A DNA stretch of 59,120 nt from Syntrophomonadaceae bacterium. Lineage in GTDB: Bacteria > Bacillota > Dethiobacteria > DTU022. Under the pieces are notes generated by a model that had not been told where the DNA came from, ran no database searches, and saw only the letters and a program-made list of their open reading frames with translations. Location: the NCBI GenBank assembly GCA_007119615.1, contig SKPH01000001.1, forward strand, positions 1 through 59,120, read 5' to 3'. The translations under genes and the position numbers were made by a program. Positions within the stretch are counted from its first letter, which is position 1; every line of letters starts with the position of its first letter. This document shows, one piece after another, positions 45,026-54,676 of the stretch.

Positions 45026-46180
45026 TTGAACCTATCAGAATTAACAGCACCATTCGAAAAGGCTCTTACAGAACCTGGAGAACAGGTCAGGCAATGGAAG
45101 GCAAAGCAGGGGGGCAGAGCCGTCGGATTTCTGATGACCGATGTTCCCGAGGAGTTGATCCACGCCGCCGGATTTTTCCCATATGGAATTGCCGGTGGAA
45201 ACGCGGAGATGGAAGCTGCTGATGCGCATCTGCAGCCCTGGATATGTTCTTATGCCCGTAACTGCCTTGCTCTGGCCTTGGGAGGAAAGCTGGACTTCCT
45301 GGATGGACTGATAGTTCCACAAAATTGTGATACCACCCGGATGTTTTCGGATCTATTGAACCATATCCGGCCTTTTCCGTACATGGATATTTTCCGCATG
45401 CCCAGGCAGGTCGGCCGTTCCAGCGCCGGCAGCTATCTGATTGGCGAGATGGAAAGACTTAAATACGGGCTTGAGCAGTATGCCGGAAAGCCGATCGATC
45501 ATAGTGATCTAAGAAGCAGCATTGCTCTCTATAATCGCAACAGGGAACTTTTGCGCAGGATTGCTGATATCCATGCTCAGAATCCCAACCTGATCAGCAG
45601 CCGGGATCTGTATACCCTGATCAATGGCTCCATGATTATGCCCAGGGAAGAGGTCGGCGAGTTGTTGACCGCGATTAGAGAGGTATTGGAAGGATTAACC
45701 GGAAGCGGCAATGCCGGAAACCAGGTCCGGCTGTTATTATCAGGAACACTGCTGGAACCATTGGAAATCCTCGATTTAATCGATCAGTGTGGGGGTACAG
45801 TCATCGGAGACGATTTTCAGAATGGGTTTCGCTATATTGAGAGTGATGTCGCAATTAAAGATGATCTTTTGGATGCCCTTGCCGAACGTCAGCTTAACCG
45901 TATTCCTTCTTCTGCATTTGATATCGAGCACAGGCAGAGAAGATATTATTTAACAGAAGTAGCTGAGGATAAAAATGCTTCCGGTGTTATTTTCCTGCAT
46001 CTTGGTTTTTGTGAACCTGAAAACTTTGACAGCTATGATAATTTGCAGGCTATGAAGAGGGCCGGTATTCCTGCCATCCGAATTGAAACCCAGTTTGGAC
46101 GATCAACCCTGGGGCAAATACGGACCAGGATTCAGGCCTTTATGGAGATGGTGGGAGGTGACGACAGTGGCTGCCGGTGA
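45026..46180 (+). CDS. 2-hydroxyacyl-CoA dehydratase / benzoyl-CoA reductase (BcrB/C, HgdA/B) family subunit
   Basis: A 384-aa ORF with conserved Cys contexts WICSYARNC, PQNCDTTRM and GFCEPENFD. It is adjacent to, and translationally coupled with, a paralogous subunit. Confidence 0.7.
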   Translation: MNLSELTAPFEKALTEPGEQVRQWKAKQGGRAVGFLMTDVPEELIHAAGFFPYGIAGGNAEMEAADAHLQPWICSYARNCLALALGGKLDFLDGLIVPQNCDTTRMFSDLLNHIRPFPYMDIFRMPRQVGRSSAGSYLIGEMERLKYGLEQYAGKPIDHSDLRSSIALYNRNRELLRRIADIHAQNPNLISSRDLYTLINGSMIMPREEVGELLTAIREVLEGLTGSGNAGNQVRLLLSGTLLEPLEILDLIDQCGGTVIGDDFQNGFRYIESDVAIKDDLLDALAERQLNRIPSSAFDIEHRQRRYYLTEVAEDKNASGVIFLHLGFCEPENFDSYDNLQAMKRAGIPAIRIETQFGRSTLGQIRTRIQAFMEMVGGDDSGCR

Positions 46181-47363
46181 GGTTTTTAAAACTGCCTCTT
46201 TAATGAAAGAATTGATGACCCGCTACAACGAGACCGGAAAAGAAGCAAAGGACAGCGGTATCCCGGTGGCCTGGGTCACAGCCGTTTCTCCGGTGGAAAT
46301 TATTTATGCCGCCGGGCTATTTCCGTATTATCCGGAGAATTTTGGTGCGGTTGCTGCTGCCAGGAAAGTTGCCGATAAATTATCAGCTTTTGCAGAAGCC
46401 AGGGGGTATGCCCGGGATCTATGCGGTTACGCCCGCTGCGGTATCGGTGATGCTTATGCTACAGAACATCCGGTTGGAGAAATATTGAGCCCTGATCTTT
46501 TATTCTGCTGCAATACCCAGTGTGGCAGCCTGCCTAAATGGTTTGAAGTAGCGGGGAGATTTTACAATGTGCCGTATTTTTTACTTGATGCGCCCAGGGT
46601 GGGACTTGAAACAGACCAGCTATGCAATAGCTATTATGTAGAACAACTTCATGAAATGATCGCATTTATTGAAAAACTGACCGGCAATCCTTTCGATTAT
46701 GACCGCCTGTCCGAAGTGCTGGCTCTTTCCAACGAAGCCTGCCGCCTGTGGAATGAGATTTTAGAGACTGCCGCCTTAAAACCGGCCCCCTTTGGTTTTT
46801 TTGACGCCAGTTTTCACATGGCGCCAATTGTAACTTTAAGGGGAACCCGGGAGGCCGTAGATTATTACCGGGCGTTAAAAGAAGAAATTGATGAAAGGAT
46901 AGAACAGGGAATAACAGCAATACCGGATGAGCGCTACAAAATATATTTTGATCACATTCCCTGCTGGCCCAGATTGCGCTGGTTTTCTGATTTATTCGCT
47001 TCACATGGGGCGCTGGTAGCGGTTTCACAATATACTCATTCCTGGGCATATTCCTTTGATCTGGAACGCCCCCTGGAAAGCCTGGCCGAAAACTATACCC
47101 ATGAATTTGTTAACCGCTGTTTCGATTATCGGGTGGAGAGAAAGATTAACCTGATGGAAAAATACGGGGTTGACGGTTTTGTATTATTTTCAAACCGCAG
47201 TTGTAAGCCCAATGCGATCGGTCTTTACGCAAAAAGCAAACTGATCAGAGAAAAAACAGGACTGCCGGGAGTTGTGTTTGAAGCGGATATGTCTGATCTG
47301 CGCTTTTTTTCTGAAGCACAGGTGCTGGCGAAACTGGAATCATTTTTTGAACAGCTGAAATAA
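46167..47363 (+). CDS. 2-hydroxyacyl-CoA dehydratase / benzoyl-CoA reductase family subunit (second subunit)
   Basis: GTG 46167 lies 6 nt after GGGAGGTG; the track start 46083 overlaps the preceding gene by about 100 nt. Cys contexts: DLCGYARCG, FCCNTQCGS and NRSCKPN. Confidence 0.7.
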   Translation: MAAGEVFKTASLMKELMTRYNETGKEAKDSGIPVAWVTAVSPVEIIYAAGLFPYYPENFGAVAAARKVADKLSAFAEARGYARDLCGYARCGIGDAYATEHPVGEILSPDLLFCCNTQCGSLPKWFEVAGRFYNVPYFLLDAPRVGLETDQLCNSYYVEQLHEMIAFIEKLTGNPFDYDRLSEVLALSNEACRLWNEILETAALKPAPFGFFDASFHMAPIVTLRGTREAVDYYRALKEEIDERIEQGITAIPDERYKIYFDHIPCWPRLRWFSDLFASHGALVAVSQYTHSWAYSFDLERPLESLAENYTHEFVNRCFDYRVERKINLMEKYGVDGFVLFSNRSCKPNAIGLYAKSKLIREKTGLPGVVFEADMSDLRFFSEAQVLAKLESFFEQLK

Positions 47364-47391
47364 GATCATACTAACGAGGAGAGGATTAACG

Positions 47392-49140
47392 TTGAAGAAA
47401 TTAATGACTGGAAACGAAGCTTTTGCCTACGGAGCATACCTGGGCGGAGTCCGCGTAGGGGCAGCTTATCCCGGCACTCCCAGTTCGGAGATTCTGGATA
47501 ATTTTTCTAAATATCCGGGTGTTTTCGCCGAATGGTCCCCCAACGAAAAGGTTTCCATGGATGTGGCTATTGGAGCGGCGTATGCGGGCACCAGGGCGAT
47601 GTGCGTGATGAAACATGTCGGTTTGAATGTTGCCGCAGATTCGTTCTTTTATGCCGTCTATACCGGGGTAAAGGGCGGCCTGGTGATAGTTTGTGCCGAC
47701 GACCCTGATATGCACAGTTCGCAAAATGAGCAGGACAACCGTAACTATGCCAAGTTTGCCAAATGCCCGATGCTCGAACCTTCCGACAGTGAAGAAGCCA
47801 AACAGTTTGTCGGTATGGCCCTGGATTTGAGCGAGCAATTTGAAACACCGGTTCTGGTCCGAAGCGTGACTCGTTTATCGCACTCATCTACTCCGGTGGA
47901 TGTTACAGAAGCGGTTCCAGCACCGCCTTCGGAAGAGCTGCCGTTGTTTGAACGCGATGCGCAGAGATATGTAATGGTTCCCTCCAATGCCCGGCGACGG
48001 CACCCGATCGTTGAAGAACGCCTGAAAAAACTTGCCGAGCATGCTGAATCGATGCCGATAAATTATATTGAACCCGGGAACGGGGAGCTTGGCATTGTCA
48101 GCGCCGGGGTAAACTATTATTATGCCAAAGAGGTCTTTCCCGATGCTACTTTCCTGAAGCTGGGAATGGTTTATCCTCTCCCTGAGAAGTTAATCCGGGA
48201 ATTTGCAGCAAAGGTAAAAACCGTTGTCGTAGTAGAGGAGCTCGATCCTTTCCTGGAAGAACAACTGCGGTTGATGGGTATCGAGGTCAAAGGCAAAGAT
48301 ATCTTCCCGCTGATTGGCGAATTTAGTCCTTCCCTGGTTCGCAGCTGTGCAGTTGAAGCCGGTTTGATCGAAGCCCCGGAGGCCCCTCCCGAGATTAAAA
48401 CAGAACTGGAGCGGCCGGTCCGGCCCCCGATGCTCTGTCCCGGCTGCGGCCACCGGGCCCTCTTTCATGTGCTTAAGGAAGCGGGTGTCCTGATCACCGG
48501 CGATATTGGCTGTTACACGCTGGGGTGGGCTCCCCCGCTCAGCGCTATGCATACTACAGGTTGCATGGGTGCAAGTATCGGTGTGGCTCACGGTATTGAC
48601 AAAGGTGGCGTAAAAGATGAAGTAGTTGCCGTCATCGGCGACTCGACATTTCTGCACTCGGGTATCCATCCGCTGATCGATGTTCTGTACAATCAGGGAG
48701 TTACTACCACCATTATTTCTGACAACAGCGCCACAGCGATGACCGGATTCCAGGAACACCCGGGTACCGGAATAACGATCCAGGATCAGACGACCACGGC
48801 GGTGGATCTGGAAAAATTGATCCGGGGCATAGGTTTTGAAAAAGTTGATGTCGTTGACTCCTACGACATTGAAAAAATGGCTGAAACACTGCAGGATCAT
48901 CTTAAAAGTGGAATGCCTTCGGTTATTATCGCCCGCCATCCCTGCGTGCTGAACACGAGAGTAAGAGAAAAGCCCCCGGAAGTTGATGTAGAACTGTGCC
49001 TGAACTGTGGTATTTGCCTGGATATCGGTTGTTCTCCACTTGTGCAGGAAGAGGATCACGTGCGAATCGATACCCTGCTGTGCAACGGATGCGGCCTTTG
49101 TGTGAAAGTTTGTCCCCAGGAAGCGATCATTTCGGAGTAA
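47392..49140 (+). CDS. iorA: indolepyruvate (arylpyruvate):ferredoxin oxidoreductase alpha subunit
   Basis: A 582-aa ORF with the TPP motif GDIGCYTLG...GDSTFLHSG and the C-terminal 2x[4Fe-4S] motifs CLNCGICLDIGCSP and CNGCGLCVKVCP. Confidence 0.85.
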   Translation: MKKLMTGNEAFAYGAYLGGVRVGAAYPGTPSSEILDNFSKYPGVFAEWSPNEKVSMDVAIGAAYAGTRAMCVMKHVGLNVAADSFFYAVYTGVKGGLVIVCADDPDMHSSQNEQDNRNYAKFAKCPMLEPSDSEEAKQFVGMALDLSEQFETPVLVRSVTRLSHSSTPVDVTEAVPAPPSEELPLFERDAQRYVMVPSNARRRHPIVEERLKKLAEHAESMPINYIEPGNGELGIVSAGVNYYYAKEVFPDATFLKLGMVYPLPEKLIREFAAKVKTVVVVEELDPFLEEQLRLMGIEVKGKDIFPLIGEFSPSLVRSCAVEAGLIEAPEAPPEIKTELERPVRPPMLCPGCGHRALFHVLKEAGVLITGDIGCYTLGWAPPLSAMHTTGCMGASIGVAHGIDKGGVKDEVVAVIGDSTFLHSGIHPLIDVLYNQGVTTTIISDNSATAMTGFQEHPGTGITIQDQTTTAVDLEKLIRGIGFEKVDVVDSYDIEKMAETLQDHLKSGMPSVIIARHPCVLNTRVREKPPEVDVELCLNCGICLDIGCSPLVQEEDHVRIDTLLCNGCGLCVKVCPQEAIISE

Positions 49141-49183
49141 GCCGGCGCGACTATTAAGTAAAAACAGAGAGGGAGGCTGAAAT

Positions 49184-49768
49184 ATGAAGAAAACAGACTT
49201 TTTAATGGCCGGGGTTGGCGGCCAGGGGACCATTCTGGCCAGTAATATATTGGCTGAGGTGGGGCTGCACCTGGGCTATGATGTAAAAAAAGCAGAAGTA
49301 CACGGAATGGCCCAGCGGGGCGGACAGGTAGACAGCCATGTCCGATGGGGAGAAAAAGTATACTCCCCATTGGTGGAGGAAAACAGCGTTGATTACATTG
49401 TAGGGTTTGAAATGCTGGAGGCTGCCCGCTTCCCGCATTTTATGAAAAAAGATGGCGTAGCTGTGGTTAACGATTACCGTATCAACCCACCCCTGGTAAA
49501 TCTGGGTAAAGCCAGCTATCCATCCAAGGAGGACATTGAGTCACTGCTCCTTACCAGGGCCGAAAAGGTGTATTGGATTGAAGGCACAAAGATTGCCGGG
49601 GAACTGGGCAACCCGGCCGTAGTCGGTGTGGTTCTGCTGGGGGCTCTGTCCAACCTGGTCGGAGGGGATAAAGAGGTATGGCTCGAGGTTATCGGGAAGA
49701 TGGTGCCGCCAAAGTTTGTTGATCTTAACCTTGAAGCTTTTGCAGCGGGCCGTCAGGTTACCGCTTAG
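49184..49768 (+). CDS. iorB: indolepyruvate:ferredoxin oxidoreductase beta subunit
   Basis: A 194-aa ORF with the gamma-domain motif GVGGQGTILAS, located immediately downstream of iorA. Confidence 0.85.
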   Translation: MKKTDFLMAGVGGQGTILASNILAEVGLHLGYDVKKAEVHGMAQRGGQVDSHVRWGEKVYSPLVEENSVDYIVGFEMLEAARFPHFMKKDGVAVVNDYRINPPLVNLGKASYPSKEDIESLLLTRAEKVYWIEGTKIAGELGNPAVVGVVLLGALSNLVGGDKEVWLEVIGKMVPPKFVDLNLEAFAAGRQVTA

Positions 49769-49801
49769 AAGGGACAAACATCTGAAAGAGGAGGGGATAC
49801 T

Positions 49802-51364
49802 GTGAATTTTGCTTCTTACGGCATTATAAACGCAAAGAAATATCCGGAAAAGGAGTTTCTGATTGAATGCTGTCCTTCCAGAAATGAACGAAGAGCTCTT
49901 TCCTGGAAAGAGTTTAATGAGCAAACCAACCGTGTGGCCAACTATTTGCAAAAACAGCTCGGAGTAAAAAAAGATGATTTTGTGTTGCACCTGCAGATGA
50001 ATAGTCTGGAGTGGATGGTTACCTATCATGCTATTTTGAGAGTGGGAGCAGTTGCGGTTCCACTTAATTTCCGCTTTGCTTCCTCAGATATTAAGTATGC
50101 AGCAGAGGCCAGCAATCCAAAAGTTTTTATTTTGAGTGAAGGGTTTCTGGAGAAAGTAGAGCCGATTCGGGAAGAGATGAAAACAATCAGCACTTATATC
50201 TGTATAGGCGATAATGTTCCTGCGGACATGATTCCCTACGCGGATGTTCTTAGCGATTCCAGTCCCGAAGATGTGCTCGTCGAAGTAGACGCTAGCGATC
50301 CGGCGGAATTGATGTTTACCTCGGGAACTACCGGCCCTCCCAAGCCTGTATGCCAGGCTCATGATACGCTATACCAGATCGGCATAGGTAATGCCCTGAC
50401 TTATGGAGAGGGGCACGAAACGGTTTACCTGGCTGCCCATCCCCTTTACCACAGCGGCAGCCTGTTTCTATCCTTCCCCTGTTACCTGGCGGGAGGCAAG
50501 ATTGTGATGCTTCTTGAACTTGATGATCCCAGGTATGTCCTCGATACCATCGTCAATGAAAAAATTAATAATGGTTGGGTTACGGTCCCGACTATGTCCG
50601 ATTCGATCAATGCGATTAAAAAAGGGGTCATCGATATAGATGAGTATGATTTTTCTCATGTTACCGGAAACATAGTAATCGGAGCTCAACCGGTTCCTTC
50701 GACTTTATTTAAGGATATGAAAAAGCTGTTGCCGTTTAGAACCGGTAATATTTATGGGATCACAGAAGGCGGCGGAGGCGGTACACTTAATCTTTACGAC
50801 GATGAAGTTTTAAAACGGCCCGGTTCTATTGGCAATCCGACTTTCAATGTTGCAGCCCGGGTTGTTGATGACCATGGCAACGATGTTCCGGTTGGAGAGG
50901 TCGGGGAATTGCTATTGAAAGGCCCTCGCAATATGAAAGAATATTTTAAAAATCCGGAGATGACCGCAAGAGCAATTCGGGATGGTTGGCTTTATACCGG
51001 GGACCTGGTGAAACAGGATGAAGACGGCTTTATCTATATCGCCGACCGGAAAAAAGATTTGATTATCAGGGGTGGAGAGAATATCTTCCCGGTGGAAATT
51101 GAAGATGTTTTGCGCCGCAACCCGAAGGTTGCCGATGTGGCGGTAATCGGATACCCGCATGAGCGTTACGTGGAGATTGCGATGGCCGTGGTACAGCTCT
51201 ATCCTGACGAAACAATGACAGAGCAGGAAGTGGTTGACTTCTGCAAGGAGCAGGGGCTGGCCAGGTATAAATGGCCGGAAAAAGTAGTTTTTGCTCCGGT
51301 AATGCGTAATGTTACCGGCAAAATTGACAAGCCCCGGCTGCGGGAAGAGTACATCGAAGGCTAA
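49802..51364 (+). CDS. AMP-forming acyl-/aryl-CoA ligase
   Basis: FTSGTTGPPKP (AMP-binding motif I), YGITEGGG, YTGDL and GGENIFPVEIE. GTG start after GAGGAGGGG. Confidence 0.85.
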   Translation: MNFASYGIINAKKYPEKEFLIECCPSRNERRALSWKEFNEQTNRVANYLQKQLGVKKDDFVLHLQMNSLEWMVTYHAILRVGAVAVPLNFRFASSDIKYAAEASNPKVFILSEGFLEKVEPIREEMKTISTYICIGDNVPADMIPYADVLSDSSPEDVLVEVDASDPAELMFTSGTTGPPKPVCQAHDTLYQIGIGNALTYGEGHETVYLAAHPLYHSGSLFLSFPCYLAGGKIVMLLELDDPRYVLDTIVNEKINNGWVTVPTMSDSINAIKKGVIDIDEYDFSHVTGNIVIGAQPVPSTLFKDMKKLLPFRTGNIYGITEGGGGGTLNLYDDEVLKRPGSIGNPTFNVAARVVDDHGNDVPVGEVGELLLKGPRNMKEYFKNPEMTARAIRDGWLYTGDLVKQDEDGFIYIADRKKDLIIRGGENIFPVEIEDVLRRNPKVADVAVIGYPHERYVEIAMAVVQLYPDETMTEQEVVDFCKEQGLARYKWPEKVVFAPVMRNVTGKIDKPRLREEYIEG

Positions 51365-51482
51365 CAACGGTTGAACCTGACCTGGAGTCTACATGTCACC
51401 CGACAGCAGTATATGGCTGGTAATCGAAGAGTGAGTTACCGGGAGCTGTAAATGGCAAAGGATCAGTTGAGGTGCCTTAACT

Positions 51483-52685
51483 TTGCGGATAGCGGAAGGC
51501 TGGAAAGTTGCGCTTGCAGGAGCCGGTGTGAATTTCTTTATGAGCATCCCCTATGCCTGGAGCATCATTGCATCCGGCCTGATTCAGCAATGGGGATGGA
51601 GCGCGGTTCAGGCAGCCTTCCCTTACACGGTTTTTTTAATCAGTTACTCATTATTTATGGCGCCGGTCGGAAGATGGCAGGACAGGGCGGGGCCGCGCCG
51701 GGTGATTGCTAAAGGTGGCTTAATTTTAGGAAGCGCATCTCTTATAAGCGCGTTTTTTATTAACCCGGTGGCGCTGGCGTTTCTGTGGGGAGGAGTTTAC
51801 GGGTTCGGAGCAGCCTGCTGCTATGCTTCCGCAACACCGGCGGCAATGAAATGGTTTCCGGCAGGAGAAAAAGGACTGGTCACCGGGGTAGTTGTAACCG
51901 GTGCGGGAATTTCAGCATTTGTGATGGCGCCCCTGATTTATTTCCTGACGGGTTACGGCATGAGAACCACTTTTGTGGTTCTCGGTTTTTTATTACTGGG
52001 TGGTATAACTCTACTTTCACGCTTAATTAATAATCCTCCCGGTCAGGTTTTCCGGCCGAAAGAGTTCCCCTTATCCGGACGATGGTACACTATCCTCCGG
52101 ATCCCTCAATTTGCCATGCTCTGGTTTATGTTCTGGGTCTCTACCGGCATTGGAGTGACCTTCGTGACTCACCTTGATACTATGGCCCGTGTTCAGGTAT
52201 CCTTTGGCCTTGGATACATCCTGGTGGCTCTTTTTGCTTTTTTTAATGCTGTTGGAAGAATGGCTGCCGGGGTGATAACTGATCGTATCGGGAGCACAAG
52301 GGCTATAACTCTTGATTTCAGTATCACACTGCTGGCCCTGTTCTTTCTTCTGCAGGCTAACTCTCCTTTATCGATGGGGCTAATAGTTTCGGGATTGGGT
52401 TTGACCTACGGGGGACTTTATACAATTTTTCCGGCAACCGTCGCCTCTTTTTTCGGAGAAAAAGATTTGGGGCTGGTTTACGGTTTAATTTTTACAGCAC
52501 TGGGAGCCGGGGGATTTTTCCCTTTAATAACGGGGCACCTTTTTGGTCGGCAGGGTGATTTTTCCGGAGCGTTTTTATTGCTGGTCATTTTTTGCGCAGC
52601 AGGTTTGGTGTTGTCGCTTTTCCTAAAAAAACCGGCTATCCGAAATGCGGTGGAAAATCCTGAGTCGCCTGTAAATCAGAAGTAA
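51483..52685 (+). CDS. MFS transporter (oxalate/formate-antiporter-like subfamily)
   Basis: A 400-aa ORF with about 12 TM segments. TTG start 8 nt after GAGGTG. Confidence 0.7.
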   Translation: MRIAEGWKVALAGAGVNFFMSIPYAWSIIASGLIQQWGWSAVQAAFPYTVFLISYSLFMAPVGRWQDRAGPRRVIAKGGLILGSASLISAFFINPVALAFLWGGVYGFGAACCYASATPAAMKWFPAGEKGLVTGVVVTGAGISAFVMAPLIYFLTGYGMRTTFVVLGFLLLGGITLLSRLINNPPGQVFRPKEFPLSGRWYTILRIPQFAMLWFMFWVSTGIGVTFVTHLDTMARVQVSFGLGYILVALFAFFNAVGRMAAGVITDRIGSTRAITLDFSITLLALFFLLQANSPLSMGLIVSGLGLTYGGLYTIFPATVASFFGEKDLGLVYGLIFTALGAGGFFPLITGHLFGRQGDFSGAFLLLVIFCAAGLVLSLFLKKPAIRNAVENPESPVNQK

Positions 52686-52840
52686 GAGATTTGAAGTTTG
52701 GAAAATACAAAATTAAAATCACCCATCGCTATGATCGATTTTTATCAAAGCATCCGGGGAAATTGGTTATTTTACGCCTGCGGTTACAGGTTACAGGATC
52801 AGGCAAACGTGTGAACAAGATCGTCTTTGATTATCGGGTA

Positions 52841-54412
52841 TTATGCACCGTACCTGTCACGCAGAACCCGGTGCAGGGTTTTGCCGGTTGCCGTAAGAGG
52901 CATTTCTTCTTCCTTGATAAAATCTATCGATTTAGGCCGTTTATAGCCGGCAATTTTATCCTTACAGAATGCAGCTATATCGCCGGCAAGTTCTTCACTT
53001 GGCTGAAATCCGTTATTGAGGACGATCACGGCTTTTACTGCTTCTCCCCACTTATCATCGGGGATCCCGATTACAGCAACATTCTTAACTGCAGGGTGAG
53101 CGGATACAGTATTTTCGACCTCGGAAGGATAAACATTTTCCCCGCCGGTGATAATCATATTTTGCTTTCGATCAACCAGGTAATAGTATCCTTCTTCGTC
53201 TCTCAGGGCCATATCTCCGGCAGAGCACCAGTTTCCGTGAAACGCTGCACTGGTTTTCTCCGGATCTTTCCAGTATTCTTTAAAAATGATTGGAGAACGG
53301 CTGTAAAGTTCCCCTACCTCCCCTTCGGGCACCTCATTCTTATTTTCATCGAGGAGTTTAATTCGATCTGTGCCATATATTTCCCGCCCAATCGAACCAA
53401 GCTTGGCAAATTGTTCTTCAGGCCTCAGATAGGTAACCAGGCCGGCTTCTGTTGACCCGTAGGCTTCCCAGAGTTCCGCTGACTTGAAATAATCCATAAT
53501 GGCCAGTTTTAGTTCTTTTCTGGCCGGGGCTGAAGAGATCAGCAGCTGCCTGATGCAGCTGACGTCGTATTTCTGTTTTATTTCGTCAGGCAGGCTGAGG
53601 ATCATAATATAGTGAGTCGGGACCAGGGAAGTATAGGTGATTTTGTATTCGGAGATAGTTTTTAGCAGATCTTCAGGGTCAAACGTAACCATGCTGTAGA
53701 CCATTGCCGGCGCACCCAGGATTGTGTAGGCGAAAGAGTAGTAGATCGAATTCACGTGGCACATCGGCATTACCAGCAGTATTTTATCATCAGTCCTGAC
53801 TCCCATATTCATATTGCTGAGCAGGTACTGGGCGGTATAACTTTCATGGGTTCTGACTGCGCCTTTCGGTTTGCCGGTAGTCCCGGAGGTATACATTATC
53901 GTCCAGGTATCAGATGCGTCAACCGGCACATCAGGCTCCCCGGGGGGGCTCTGGTCGATAAATTTTTCATAATCGATGAAACCTTCAGGTTCTTCTCCAT
54001 CTCCTATGGAGATAAAGTTATCTGCGGGGATGGTTTGTAAATTGTCACGTATACTGTTGACTCCTTCTGTAAAGGGGGCTTCAACTATGAAAGCTTTACA
54101 TTCTGCATGATTGACAATGTATTCATATTCCAGGGGTGTGAGGCGGAACATGATTGGTACGGCTACCTGACCGCCCTTGGCGCAGGCTGCGTAGATGTCC
54201 ATCCACTCTACCCTGTTGTAAGCAAGCACGGCGACCCGATCCCCATATCCTACGCCCATACTTTGCAGTCCATTGGCAATGCGGCATGCTCTATCGTTCC
54301 ATTCTCTGAATGTAAAACTCCTGGTTTTATCCTGGCAGCCCAATTGATCAGGATATTTTAATGCATTTGTTTTTAGGGCGGTTCCAATGTGCATCCACTT
54401 GCTGGTATTCAT
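52841..54412 (-). CDS. AMP-forming acyl-/aryl-CoA ligase (candidate benzoate-CoA ligase type)
   Basis: YTSGTTGKPKG, YGSTEAG, GDMALRDEEGYYYLVDRK and GGENVYPSEVE. Confidence 0.85.
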   Translation of the reverse strand: MNTSKWMHIGTALKTNALKYPDQLGCQDKTRSFTFREWNDRACRIANGLQSMGVGYGDRVAVLAYNRVEWMDIYAACAKGGQVAVPIMFRLTPLEYEYIVNHAECKAFIVEAPFTEGVNSIRDNLQTIPADNFISIGDGEEPEGFIDYEKFIDQSPPGEPDVPVDASDTWTIMYTSGTTGKPKGAVRTHESYTAQYLLSNMNMGVRTDDKILLVMPMCHVNSIYYSFAYTILGAPAMVYSMVTFDPEDLLKTISEYKITYTSLVPTHYIMILSLPDEIKQKYDVSCIRQLLISSAPARKELKLAIMDYFKSAELWEAYGSTEAGLVTYLRPEEQFAKLGSIGREIYGTDRIKLLDENKNEVPEGEVGELYSRSPIIFKEYWKDPEKTSAAFHGNWCSAGDMALRDEEGYYYLVDRKQNMIITGGENVYPSEVENTVSAHPAVKNVAVIGIPDDKWGEAVKAVIVLNNGFQPSEELAGDIAAFCKDKIAGYKRPKSIDFIKEEEMPLTATGKTLHRVLRDRYGA

Positions 54413-54524
54413 ATTTGTCCAGCTCCTGATTTAGATTTATAATGCCGGGAGTATTAATAGCTTCTATTTGACATCATTTTTATTCTTCATAATTTTGTAA
54501 TTACCTTCTCAAAATTGGTTTTAA

Positions 54525-54582
54525 TGCAGGTGGTAACCCTTTTATCACTCTTCTGATGAAAAAATCCCTCTTTTAGGTGATA
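54525..54582 (+). promoter_or_regulatory. copy D of the conserved upstream element, 94 nt before the second hbd-like gene
   Basis: TGCAGGTGGTAACCCTTTTATCACTCTTCTGATGAAAAAATCCCTCTTTTAGGTGATA. About 20 of its first 28 positions match copy B by eye, and the 3' box is CTCTTTTAGGTGAT. Confidence 0.55.
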
Positions 54583-54676
54583 GCAAAATTTAATCATATT
54601 TTATAATATTAAGTCAATGATGAAAAATCTTTATCTTCTGCGTGATCATTTTTTAATTTGAAGGGGGTAATAAACG

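Noticed and set aside
48190-49233. 347-aa ORF on the minus strand
   Set aside because: It lies entirely antisense to iorA/iorB, whose TPP and ferredoxin motifs are unambiguous. Its translation is low-complexity (Arg/Gly/Phe-rich), with no recognisable domain or RBS. It is a shadow ORF.
52691-53455. 254-aa ORF on the plus strand
   Set aside because: It is antisense to the 3' half of the AMP-forming ligase (52841-54412, minus strand), which has all the ANL motifs. The composition is odd (Phe/Ile/Arg-rich) and it has no RBS.
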